32,000 bases of DNA, from NCBI RefSeq assembly GCF_035285525.1, contig NZ_JAYKGW010000052.1:19525-51524 (forward strand), in the 5' to 3' direction. This stretch comes from Okeania sp. (lineage in GTDB: Bacteria; Cyanobacteriota; Cyanobacteriia; Cyanobacteriales; Microcoleaceae). Position numbers and translations under genes: made by a program. How positions within the stretch are numbered: position 1 is the stretch's first letter; each line of letters starts with the position of its first letter. The notes beneath the pieces were generated by a model that was not told where the DNA came from, did not search any database, and worked only from the letters and a program-made list of their open reading frames with translations. Below, one piece after another: positions 1-9,800 of this stretch.

Positions 1-726
1 ATCCTGCTCCAAAATAGACATAGCAGCATTCTTAAATAAAGGAACACGAGTATTAATTTCATTTTGAATTAATAAAGGTAATTCTGTCACATTATTCACC
101 TTTCCACCCCAAGCACTATAAATAAGATGACCAGAGCGATCGCCCATTTTCATCCAGGGCAACCACGGACCAACTCTATCCCATGCCAACATAATTTTAG
201 AAACAGAAGTAGTCTCAGGATTTTGCAAATCTGCCGTTGATACTGTCAACTTAAACAGTTCGGTCGCTTGATAGAGAGGTTGAGGACTATATTCTGCAAA
301 CTGCGGGTCATCCACCAGAGGGTTAGGATAGTTAGAAAATAGGTCAAACTTAAAAGTAGTTAACTCCTCATTCACTAATGCTGGCATTGGCCTTTTAAAT
401 AATCCCTGTACGGGATTATTGGCCACATGAACCACAGGCAAAGTTTCATCAGTCCAGGGATTTTTCCAAATATCCAACTTTTTGCCTGTTTCAGGGTCAA
501 GATAAAAGGTCAGTTCCCTAGAAGTAAAGTCCCAACCTCCCTCAGACTTAGGAATACATCTGGCCACACTCATTCCTACAATATCAAACAAATGCTGTTT
601 TGCTTCTCCTGGAATAAAGGCAAAAACTGAACCATACCAAGTTAGAAAAGATTGTTGAGCATCTGTACTCGCACGGACTTTTACCCAGTCTTTTGCCTCA
701 AGTAGTTTTTTTGTGAGATTGACCAT
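1..726 (-). CDS. DUF1838-like conserved hypothetical protein; C-terminal end runs off the window
   Basis: The minus strand is open from the ATG at 726..724 to the window edge (242 codons, no stop). My translation is MVNLTKKLLEAKDWVKVRAS...HVANNPVQGLF...GPWLPWMKMGDRSGHLIYSAWGGKV, which resembles the DUF1838 family as I remember it. It is absent from the supplied track because it has no stop inside the window. The plus-strand ORF 427..630 is its antisense shadow. Confidence 0.6.
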   Translation of the reverse strand, partial: MVNLTKKLLEAKDWVKVRASTDAQQSFLTWYGSVFAFIPGEAKQHLFDIVGMSVARCIPKSEGGWDFTSRELTFYLDPETGKKLDIWKNPWTDETLPVVHVANNPVQGLFKRPMPALVNEELTTFKFDLFSNYPNPLVDDPQFAEYSPQPLYQATELFKLTVSTADLQNPETTSVSKIMLAWDRVGPWLPWMKMGDRSGHLIYSAWGGKVNNVTELPLLIQNEINTRVPLFKNAAMSILEQD

Positions 727-945
727 TCCTTTGCTTTGGTTATTTTTCTATTATTTAATGATACAGGAATTATTTTTCAGAATACTTAATATCATCTCCG
801 GATAATCAGTCGCGCCAGGAAACAGGGAACAGGAGACTATCACATTTGGACAATTATTATATCCGAGTCATTGCGACGCTCACTTCGTCTAATAGGAAGC
901 AATGACGATTATTCAAGTAGATTTTGAAGTTCAGTCTAATATATT

Positions 946-1020
946 AGGACTTACCCATGGACCCTATCTGTAGAGATACGCTTTTCATGTCGCGTAGCGA
1001 AACGCACCCTACAGATAGCT
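946..1020. repeat. Truncated copy of a small dispersed element (AGGACTTAC...ACGCACCCTAC family) with an internal 10-nt inverted repeat
   Basis: AGGACTTACCCATGG...AACGCACCCTACAGATAGC shares both ends of its sequence with the element at 17936..18025. CTATCTGTAG (966..975) pairs with CTACAGATAG (1009..1018). The element supplies the last codons and the stop of the ATPase fragment ORF 1009..1506. Confidence 0.45.
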
Positions 1021-2402
1021 ACAACCTTCCGAATATTTAGCTAAAACCTTCAGGATATCTTGTTGCCCTGATGCATCTTGCCCTGCTTGCTGCCAAACTC
1101 CCGTGAAATAATAGCTCCCATTTTGGAATAGTTCGTTTTGGGCAATGATGGCATCCACATCGGCAACCTTAAAAACAGGTTCCCTTGGTTTTCCTTCCTC
1201 GAAGGTTTCCTCGTTGTAGCGACCGACAAGTAAAAATCCCAATAGTTGTACTAGGTAGGGTTGTCCGAATGTGAGGTCATAAATGCGATCCATTGCTTCT
1301 GCTTCGTAGATGAGCAGGAACTCTGGCTTGGGGTTAGCAAGGAGTTGTCTGGTTGTTGCTCTATTCAAAAAACCGACGCGGATGGGAATGACGCTGGCAA
1401 AAAATGGCTGAAAGTAATCTTCTGTCATTTCTTCAAGAGTGTGCAACCCGGCAAAGGCAAAAGCAATTTTCGGACTCATCTGCACGAACCCCCGCAATAC
1501 TGCCATGAAGTTAACTGGGAGTTGTTAGATATTAATTAGTTTTTCAATTTCTTCAAATTCATCCAGGGCAATAATTAAGCGTTTGTTTTCTAATTTTTCA
1601 ATTGCCTGTTGTAAGTAGAGTTTAAAAGTTTGTTGGGGAAGTTTCAGGAGTTCGTCTGTGTCTGGTGGGGGAAGGTGAATAGCATCTGAAATTTCATCAG
1701 CGATCGCTAAAAATAGCTCACCGATTCCCTGGGAAATAGCTCCTAAAGGTTGGAGGTTCACATAAACAACTTGTGTATCTGCACCGGAAGATTTGGCAAC
1801 ATTCCGTAGAATTGATGTTTTTCCCATTGAATATTTTGTAAATCTATATATATTGGTTTTCGAGCTTCATTGAGATATTAACTGGCTTTTTGAGCGATCG
1901 CTTTCAACAGAGAAGATTTTCCCACTCCACTCTTGCCAATAATAGCAATACTACCGCCACTATTAAGTACCTCAAAAATTTTGGTAATTTCTTTTTCCCT
2001 ATTAAAAAATAACTTTGGATTATCTATAATTCCATTTAAGGGAATAAAAGGATTAGGAAATTTTTCTGAAGATTCAGTTGGAATATTGGAATTTTGTTTT
2101 TCCGTATAGCGATTCTTATATTCTGTTTTTAACCATTATAATAAGATCGGAAACTTATTATTTCCAGTATTATTTATCTCTTTTTTAAATTTACGATATA
2201 CTTGCGATTTTCATTTTTTATAAGTAGCTTCCTCATTCTTCAAATTTTCATTACTCACTACAAGAGGAATAATTTCATTATCATCTTTCTCCCAATTTCC
2301 TTTTTCAAACCTCGCGAAAAAGAACTTTTGTTCCTTTCGCTCCAATTCATATTCGCGAGAAATTTTATGCAGAAAATTACTCCATTCCAATTTGCCATAA
2401 CC
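1009..2402 (-). pseudogene. Decayed AAA+/STAND-type ATPase gene(s) in four same-strand pieces
   Basis: (i) 2211..2402 is an open frame, GYGKLEWSNFLHKISREYELERKEQKFFFARFEKGNW..., with no start codon and stops on both sides. (ii) 1878..2135 reads ...FPNPFIPLNGIIDNPKLFFNREKEITKIFEVLNSGGSIAIIGKSGVGKSSLLKAIAQKAS*, a complete Walker A followed by a stop. (iii) 1525..1827 starts inside a second P-loop, (M)GKTSILRNVAKSS, and has Walker B LIIALDEFEE. (iv) 1009..1506 continues in the same frame after an in-frame TAA at 1525..1527. Confidence 0.6.
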
Positions 2403-3058
2403 TCAACTTCTAGCCGTATTTAGTATAGTTGAAAATCTGCTTTATCACAAAAGGGGGAAATAATATTCCCCTAATTCCACTTAGTTAAATTCTTTAGGTG
2501 TAAGTTTTTGGTTCTTACAGAATCAAGAAATATTTCATATTCTGAAATTGTAGATTGATTGAGGATAAAAAATCATGGATAGACAAAATTAATGTTAATA
2601 ATATGGCTGTTTATTGGTGCGATATAAGAATAATAAAAACTATTATATTTGTCTTCAATGCAGTCGAAAATATTTGACAAACCAACCCAAAAATAAATGG
2701 GATAAATTATTCCAAATACGAACAGCAATTATAATTACCCTATTAACTTATTTTGCCCCTCTAAATCAAGAAACATTAGATACCCAGAAACAAACTATCC
2801 AACTTATCAAAAATTCCGTAATTATAACTAGACTAATTGTAAGATTTTACAGGAAATCAATAAACTAACAATCAATCATAATGAGTTGAAAAATAACTCC
2901 CAATTCTCTGGTATACCACTACGCAAATAGGTTAGGACGTTTATAAATTCTCAAACTCAGTCAGAGATTATTTTTGAATGCATGAATTGCGTGTAGCGCT
3001 ATATGTCGCAAACTTTTTTCTAATTGGTATTGACATAAAGAATACTTTTACCAAAAAA

Positions 3059-3100
3059 TTAAGGTCTAAAGACTCCCCTTTCAATACGGGACATGAAAAA
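3059..3100. repeat. Dispersed ~40-nt element, copy A
   Basis: The sequence is TTAAGGTCTAAAGACTCCCCTTTCAATACGGGACATGAAAAA. Its reverse complement recurs at 4545..4580 with one 4-nt indel and one mismatch. Confidence 0.7.
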
Positions 3101-3122
3101 CTGATAACTGATAACTGATAAG
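3101..3122. repeat. STRR heptamer tract (CTGATAA x3)
   Basis: CTGATAACTGATAACTGATAAG is read directly. The same heptamer family recurs at 4373..4395, 12841..12868, 23198..23214, 29170..29187 and 29446..29463. Confidence 0.8.
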
Positions 3123-3296
3123 TGGGATTAACGGATGAAATAGTTAAAAAAGCTCCCAATTAAGTTAAAATAAAATTATACACAATTAACTTTGGTCAGT
3201 TCCAATTTTTGGCATTGGTCCTGAGTTAATTGCCAAGTTGTACTTATGTGCATTTAAAAGTGCTAGGTTGCCAGATCAGACTTAGGGAGAATAATT

Positions 3297-3614
3297 GTGG
3301 CCAAAAAAGACAACATAAAAAAGTCTAATCTTCTCTACCAAAGACTAAAAGAAGCATTAGAAAATGGCAGTAAAGTCCGCATTGAAGCTGAGGAGAGTTA
3401 TTACGGTTTCCCTATTACTTTAACAAAAGATTTTGTAGAAATTATGGTCTTAGTGCCACCAGACGAATATGACGAAGAAGATGATTCTTTTAAACAAGTG
3501 ACATGGTTAATTCGACTTTCGTCTATCTTTGCGATCGCCTACCCTACAGAATACTGGTCAACGGCAAGATTGGAAAAATTATTGGAAATAGGTTCAAATG
3601 TAAGTAGGGAGTAA
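3297..3614 (+). CDS. Hypothetical protein, 105 aa
   Basis: It has a GTG start with AGGGAGA 5-11 nt upstream. The composition is balanced and non-repetitive, with an acidic DEYDEEDD patch. A strong hairpin plus T-run follows it. I recognise no family. Confidence 0.55.
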   Translation: MAKKDNIKKSNLLYQRLKEALENGSKVRIEAEESYYGFPITLTKDFVEIMVLVPPDEYDEEDDSFKQVTWLIRLSSIFAIAYPTEYWSTARLEKLLEIGSNVSRE

Positions 3615-3618
3615 AAAG

Positions 3619-3658
3619 TAGGGAATAGGAAACAGAACTTCCTATTCCCTATTTTTTT
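3619..3658. terminator. Rho-independent terminator, probably bidirectional, between the convergent 105-aa gene and exbD
   Basis: TAGGGAATAGGA (3619..3630) pairs with TCCTATTCCCTA (3640..3651) around a 9-nt loop, followed by T7 (3652..3658). An A-run precedes the stem, which would serve the opposite strand. Confidence 0.7.
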
Positions 3659-3684
3659 GAAAAGTGAAAAATACTAAGATGACG

Positions 3685-4299
3685 CTATTGTGTGGATGTT
3701 TCCGGAGCCGGAGGTAACTGATATTGATTAGGATCGACTGTTTTTGCAGGAGTAGGTCGTTGGTTTGACTCGGAGGGAGTAACCGACTTCTCAGAAGTAT
3801 TCCCAGTTTCAGTAGTTGTTGTGGGAGTAGGTTGTGGGTCAGACTCAGAGGGAGTAACCGACTTCTCAGAAGTATTCCCAGTTCGAGTTTGAGGTGAACT
3901 AGGTAAAGTTGCTAGAGCTACACGATCACCTCCCACCTCTCGTAATAAATCTAAAACTTGTACAACATCATTGTATTTTGCTTCTTTCGGAGCATATAAA
4001 ACAACAATTCCTGTAGGATTAAATTTATTATATCTACGGACAAACTTTTCCAGTTCCACTGCATTTACTTCTTGTTGTTCAATAAAAGTTTTTCCCACAT
4101 CATTGACACTTACAAGTAGCATGTCTTGTGATTGAGCTTTACCTGTGCTAGCTTTAGGTAAATTGACATTAATTGCTTGTTGACGGGTTAACTGTAAAGC
4201 AGCTAAAAGAAAGAAAGTTAGAATACAAAAAATTACGTCAATTAGAGGTATTAGTTCAATTCTAACTTCTTCACTAGCCAATTCTTGATTAAGTTTCAT
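3685..4299 (-). CDS. exbD: ExbD/TolR-family biopolymer transport protein with a Pro/Thr/Ser-rich repeated C-terminal tail
   Basis: It has one N-terminal TM segment (LIPLIDVIFCILTFFLLAAL) and then an ExbD-like periplasmic domain (NVNLPKA...VVLYAPKEAKYNDVVQVLDLLREVG). The tail contains two 25-aa repeats, GNTSEKSVTPSES.. (nt 3767..3808 and 3842..3883, period 75 nt). Confidence 0.85.
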   Translation of the reverse strand: MKLNQELASEEVRIELIPLIDVIFCILTFFLLAALQLTRQQAINVNLPKASTGKAQSQDMLLVSVNDVGKTFIEQQEVNAVELEKFVRRYNKFNPTGIVVLYAPKEAKYNDVVQVLDLLREVGGDRVALATLPSSPQTRTGNTSEKSVTPSESDPQPTPTTTTETGNTSEKSVTPSESNQRPTPAKTVDPNQYQLPPAPETSTQ

Positions 4300-4544
4300 A
4301 ATTTTTTAGTTGTGAGAAATGGAAATTATGCCAAGCATGATAAATGTTTGTTACAAATGGTAGAGGTTATTTCAGTTATCGGTTATCAGTTACAGTAGAT
4401 TCCCAGCATCAGAAGTACAGATATTAATAATTAATTAAATGTTTTTAGCATCTTGCCCGCGCGGACGTACATCACCCTTGCTGGAATTTGCTGTATCAGT
4501 ACCTCTCAGCTTAAACCAGAGGCTTTAAATACTGAATTGAAACT

Positions 4545-4580
4545 TTTTCATGTCCTTGAAAGGGGAGGCTTTAGACCTTA
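4545..4580. repeat. Dispersed ~40-nt element, copy B (inverted relative to 3059..3100)
   Basis: TTTTTCATGTCCTTGAAAGGGGAGGCTTTAGACCTTA lies in the 553-bp exbB-exbD spacer. An imperfect CAGTTAT heptamer tract lies 150 nt to its left (4373..4395). Confidence 0.7.
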
Positions 4581-4852
4581 TTTTTTAGTCAGGAAGAAGG
4601 AAGAAACCTTTAACAAAACAAAAAAGGATAAATGAATGATAGATATAACTATCTAAATTAATTCTAGCAGCTATTTTTAAGCATTTCCAATCAGCATCTA
4701 GCTTTTGACAACATTCTTTTTTCAAAATGGCATTACTGATAAATGATAACTAAAAATGACTAATTATTAATTCTCTAATAACAACAGATTTTTATCTGAC
4801 TTCCAACTTACAAATCATCTAATTGCTAGATTTTTATTCAGTTATTATTGAG

Positions 4853-5818
4853 CTATTCTGAAGATTTATCAACATCAGTTTTCGGAGCAAAATCTGTATT
4901 TTCTTTCTCTGGTTTAAGAGTGTTAGAAACATGCTGAGAATTATTTGTATTTTCGGGAGACTTATCAACATCAATTTTCGGAGAAAAATCTGTATTCTTT
5001 GGCTCCTGTTCTAATTTTTTATCAACAGAATTTTGATAATTATGCATTTTTTCTGGAGGTTTTTCTACATCAATTTTCGGAGCAAAATCTGTAGTCTTTT
5101 TATCCGGTTCTAATTGATCAGAATGTTGCTGAGAAATTGGCACTAATGCAGAAAAATAAGGATTGTTTTTTGGTGTATTGTATTGATTTAAAGATACCTG
5201 TTGCCAATGTTGTCGGTAGAGCAATTCTAACTCATTACCCGCTTTCCGAAAAACCTTCATTTGATTAAATAACAAACTTTGAAATAATCGATAAAATACC
5301 AAACTAAAAATAGCCACTATCAAACCAGCAGCCGTACTAATTAAAGCTTCTCCAATACCTACTGTTACTCCTGCTGTCGAAGAAGTACCCAAATCACCCA
5401 AGCGAATAGAACCCAGGGAACCAATCAGACCCAAAACCGTCCCTAATAATCCTAGCATAGGAGCTAAAGCAATTACTCCTTCTAGTAACTTATCTCCCTT
5501 GCGCATGGAGGCCAACTCATCCTCAGCAGCAGACTCCAGTGCCAATTTAAACACTTCTGGCTCTGGTTTTTGTAATCTCAAAGGTGAATAGAGAAAACGA
5601 CCAATAGGTTGTTTAATGGCACGTCTTGCCATTTCCGTTGCTATACTCCAGTCACGGCGTGCCGCTTCTAATACTCGGTTAACCGTTCGTTTTTCCCTAA
5701 TTAACAGGTTTGTCCAGAACCATAGTCGATCGATTATGGTACTTAGGGATAAAATTGATAAAACTAACAGAGGCCACATAGCAGGGCCTCCTTTTTGAAT
5801 CAACTCTTCAAAAGTCAC
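4853..5818 (-). CDS. exbB: MotA/TolQ/ExbB-family proton channel with a repeated C-terminal extension
   Basis: It has a GTG start with GGAG 9 nt upstream and three hydrophobic segments. The signature stretch is [15 protein letters not shown]...[21 protein letters not shown]. The C-terminal ~110 aa hold three ~32-aa repeats (K/E)NTDF(A/S)PK(I/T)DV(E/D)K.PE (nt period 96-99, ~4856..5110). Confidence 0.85.
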   Translation of the reverse strand: MTFEELIQKGGPAMWPLLVLSILSLSTIIDRLWFWTNLLIREKRTVNRVLEAARRDWSIATEMARRAIKQPIGRFLYSPLRLQKPEPEVFKLALESAAEDELASMRKGDKLLEGVIALAPMLGLLGTVLGLIGSLGSIRLGDLGTSSTAGVTVGIGEALISTAAGLIVAIFSLVFYRLFQSLLFNQMKVFRKAGNELELLYRQHWQQVSLNQYNTPKNNPYFSALVPISQQHSDQLEPDKKTTDFAPKIDVEKPPEKMHNYQNSVDKKLEQEPKNTDFSPKIDVDKSPENTNNSQHVSNTLKPEKENTDFAPKTDVDKSSE

Positions 5819-6816
5819 AATATGTTCACTCCAGCACTTTCTAACTGATTATTTACTTGATACTTGTCTATTGTCTATTTAGGGTTTGGTGAATTATTTA
5901 TCAAAGTGTTTATGGGCATTGGTTTCAGCATTTACAAAGACTAATAAAGTACCAGCTTTTAGGTAATTCCAGTACGGTTCCCAAAAAATCATGCATTCTA
6001 TTCTAGGATTTTGGGCAAGATATGAGTAGAAAATCAAGGTAAGGTTCTTCTAGCGACCTCTTCTATGATTCTCATTCCCATACTGATTCTGGATTCTGTT
6101 TGGGTTTGTGTAGCATCCCGTAGGGAAGCATGACAAACGGAAATTCTGGCTTATACCCTGACAAAAAGACTTTCCATATGCAAACCCTATTTACTTTTTA
6201 CTAAGTTCCTCATAACTATAGCGTTTCTCCAGCTCTTGAGGTAGATTATCTGTTTTTCTCTTTTTGTTCCCTGCTTCCTGTTCCCTCAAACCTAAATTTT
6301 TTCACAACTAAGCTGAAGACGTATTTAAAATGTGTCTTAGGACGTCAGATCAGGAAGCCCTGAGATTAGTGACATACATGAAGTAATAAGGGTTGTTCTT
6401 GACTAGACACACAAAAAATATGTGGTTTAAATGTTTAACAGCTTATGGAAATTGCTATATTAAAATCTAATATACTATAAAGAATATACATTGACTAAAT
6501 TCATGTTAAATGATAGGATAAAACGTTAAAAAATATTAGTATTTTTATATGTTCTTTTTAGGCTTAATCTTTGTGTAAAGTTTCACCATACTTTTACCAT
6601 TAACTTCAAAGACTGGTCTAAAAAAGAATCAAACGATCAGGTGCAGACTATTACATTAACTAAGTTTCAGACCCTTATGATTAATTAAGGAAGTCTATGT
6701 TTCAATTTATATATTGCTTGTTAATAATGACCTCCCTAATTAATATTTAAAATGATTAGCTGCAAAATGTGGGGATTAACATTAATTTAAAAAATATTTT
6801 GGGAATAGAGGTCGGT

Positions 6817-9800
6817 ATGACCAAGAAGTTATATTTCTCTCACCAAAGGAAATCTCCAAAATTTCATTATTTGGGACAAAAGCCCACATTGACAATTTTT
6901 AGTAAACACCATCATAGTAACTGCAAGATGTTTATTCCCTCCATCAGTCAAGCTATTGATTATCATCCCCTTACCACTTTACCTGAAACTCCTGTAGAAG
7001 ATGTAATTGTCTCTATGAGTAGTACAGGTTCAAGTTGTGCACTTATTATAGAAAAATCTGATTCTGCTGATGCTATAAAGACAGCAGAATCAGCCAATAA
7101 TAGTACGGAACCCTCAGACCTCAAGCCAAGTGATAATTTTAACTGTTCCGATAGAAAAGCAAAATCTATAGGGCCAGTCATTGGTATATTTACTGAGCGA
7201 GATTTGGTACAGTTAGCCTCTATTGGCGCTCCTCTGAGTGGATTCCCAATTTCTAAAATTATGATTCGCTCCATCATAACAGCTCGACTATCGGAAATTC
7301 AAGATATTTTTGCTCTCTTTGCACTATTGGAAAAACATCAAATTAGCCATTTACCAATTGTTAATGACTCAGAGGAACTAATTGGTCTAGTTACTGGTCA
7401 TAGTTTTATTCTCAATCAGCTTGAGATAAATAACAAAACTAAAAAATCAATAACTAAAAATGAAAAAAGACCACATCTTGACCAGAATGGTATCGTAAAT
7501 CAAGAATTGGAAACTGAGAAAAAAATCTTAAAAGATCAGAATAATTCACCATTATATTTAAAAACAAGTTTCAACTCATCTTTACAATTACCAGGGAGCT
7601 TAATCCAAATTAGTCAGCTTGAACAAAGCTATAAATCTCAAGTTGTTCAAGCTACATCATCTGCTTCAATTAGGCACATTACTCAATTAATGTTTGCCCA
7701 TAATGTTAATTATATTTTGATTACAGAAAACAAGTCTAGAATTCAGACAGATAGTCATCCCAAAAAACCAAATTCACAGCCTCAAAAATCCAGCAAACTT
7801 ATAGGTACAATTAGTACCAAAGATATAGTACAATTACAGGCATTAAATATAGACTTTAATATAACTAAAGCGGAAGTAGTTTGTAATAATTTACCAGTTT
7901 TAATACGCTCCCAGGCAAGTATAGAAGTAGCTTTAGGATTAATGCAAAAAAGATATTTCCTAGTACCTCTAATTGTGCAAGGTTCTACAGGAAAAATAGT
8001 TGATTTGATAACTCCTGGGAAAATTATTCAAAAAATATTTTTAAGTAAATCATTATATCAATCATTAATTCGCTTACATAATTATATAGAACAAGTATCT
8101 ATTCAATTACATCAAGCCGATGAAAAACTTAAGCAATCTGCTATTCAACGGAAAAAATTACAAGAAACTTACTCAAAAATACAAGATATTTCAGCTCTAG
8201 CTATTGAAGGAAATCAAGATGGAATTTGGGATTGGAACATCAAAACTAATGAAATATTTTACTCTTCTCAGTGGAAAAAAATGTTGGGTTATGAAGAGGA
8301 TGAAATTTCCCATAATATTGATGAATGGTTGAATAGAGTTCATCCAGAGGATATAGAAAAAGTTAGTGCTGCTATTCAAGAACATTTATCTAAAAAAAAT
8401 CCTGCTTATCGAATAGAATATCGAATTAAATGCAAAGATAATAATTTTATCTGGGTTCTTGACAGGGGAAAAGCATTATGGAAATTAGGAGGCCCTGTGA
8501 GAATGGTGGGTACTTTTGTTAATATTACTAAGGTAAAAGAAAGAGAAATACAACAACGGTTGCAAACAAAAAATCATAGGGAAGTAATTAATAATTTTCC
8601 GGAAATAGTGTGGCAAACCGATGGGCAAGGGAAGTTGATTTTTTTAAATGATAAATGGGAAAAAATTACAGGTTTTACAACTGAAAATAGCTTAGGGAAA
8701 AGTTTTTTAGATTATATTCATCCAGAAGATATATATAAGTTAAGTTATCCAACAGAAGATCATGTAGAAAATACAGGTTCAAACAAATTAGTTGCAGGTT
8801 GCTATCAATTAAAATTGTTAACCAAAAATGGCGAATATTGTCCAATAGAAATGAAAAGTACATTGGTGATTGATAGCGAAAATAATATTAATGGTATGAT
8901 CAGTACCCTAACTGATATTTCTGCAAATATTGCTAGTAAAGAACTTTTGCAATCAAGTGAAAAAGCAATCAGAGAACTTTATGAAGTTACTTCAGTTGGA
9001 GATAGTTCTTTTGAAGGTCGAATAGTTGCATTATTAGAAATGGGATGCCGTCGGTTTGATATGGAAATAGGTTTATTAGGGCAAGTTCTAGGAGAACGTT
9101 ATGAAGTTATTGCAGCTCATTTACCAGACAACTTCTTATTTGGGATAGCTAAGGGAGATGCTTTCACCTTAGAACAAATCTTTGATCGAGAAGTATTGCG
9201 ACACAATGATCCACTCGTGATTGAATCAGCTAAAGACTCTCAGTGGCGACATCATCCAGCTTATACGGTGCGTCGCGTGGCATCTTATATGGGTACAAAA
9301 GTTTTTGTCTCAGGAAGAGTTTATGGGACTCTCAGTTTTACCAGTCGCGTTGCCAAGAAGAAATGGAATTCAACGGATATAGAGGTTTTAAAACTAATGG
9401 CAACTTATATTGGTAGTGAGTTGTTGCGACAAGATGAGACAGAAGCATTGAGAACAAAATATCAGCACTTCTTATTACTGAAACAAATTACCCAAGAAAT
9501 TCGTTCTAAGTTAGATACTAAAGAGATTGTTCAGACTACTGCTATCCAAATTGGACGAGTATTTGGAGTTAATCGTTGTTCTATTCATGGTTATGTTACT
9601 GATCCCTACCCACACCTTCCTTGTGTGGCAGAATATTTGGAAGCAAATTATGAATCAACACTGGATTTAGATATTGCTGTTACTTACAATTCTCATACGG
9701 AAAAATTATTAGCAGAAGATAAAGCGATCGCTTCTCCAGATGTATTTTCAGACTTGCTTTTAAAGTCATCTGCACCAATGTATCGGAGGTTAAAAGTTAG

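Noticed and set aside
796-801. TCCGGA (heterocyst DIF-type -35 motif) upstream of the DUF1838-like gene
   Set aside because: The hexamer is present about 70 nt upstream of the ATG, but I could not place a convincing -10 hexamer at the right spacing on either strand. A single 6-mer is expected by chance, and other copies occur inside coding regions.
427-1539. Plus-strand ORFs 427..630 and 1261..1539
   Set aside because: They are antisense to the DUF1838-like CDS and to the ATPase remnant respectively. They have no RBS and their composition looks like nonsense.
2202-3159. ORFs 2202..2423 (+), 2614..2868 (+) and 2968..3159 (-)
   Set aside because: They sit in very AT-rich sequence and give Ile/Phe/Lys/Asn-biased translations. 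2202..2423 is antisense to ATPase fragment i. 2968..3159 runs through the dispersed 40-nt element and the STRR tract. Nothing supports coding.
4453-4635. ORF 4453..4635 (+) in the exbB-exbD spacer
   Set aside because: Its middle is the dispersed 40-nt repeat (copy B). It has no RBS and looks like an artefact of the repeat.
5819-5900. Fur-box-like AT-rich sequence (TATCAAGTAAATAATCAGTTA on the minus strand) upstream of exbB
   Set aside because: Only the ATAATCA core matches the GATAATGATAATCATTATC consensus. The rest of the 19-mer is a poor match in an already AT-rich region. It is worth a matrix scan but not good enough to annotate.
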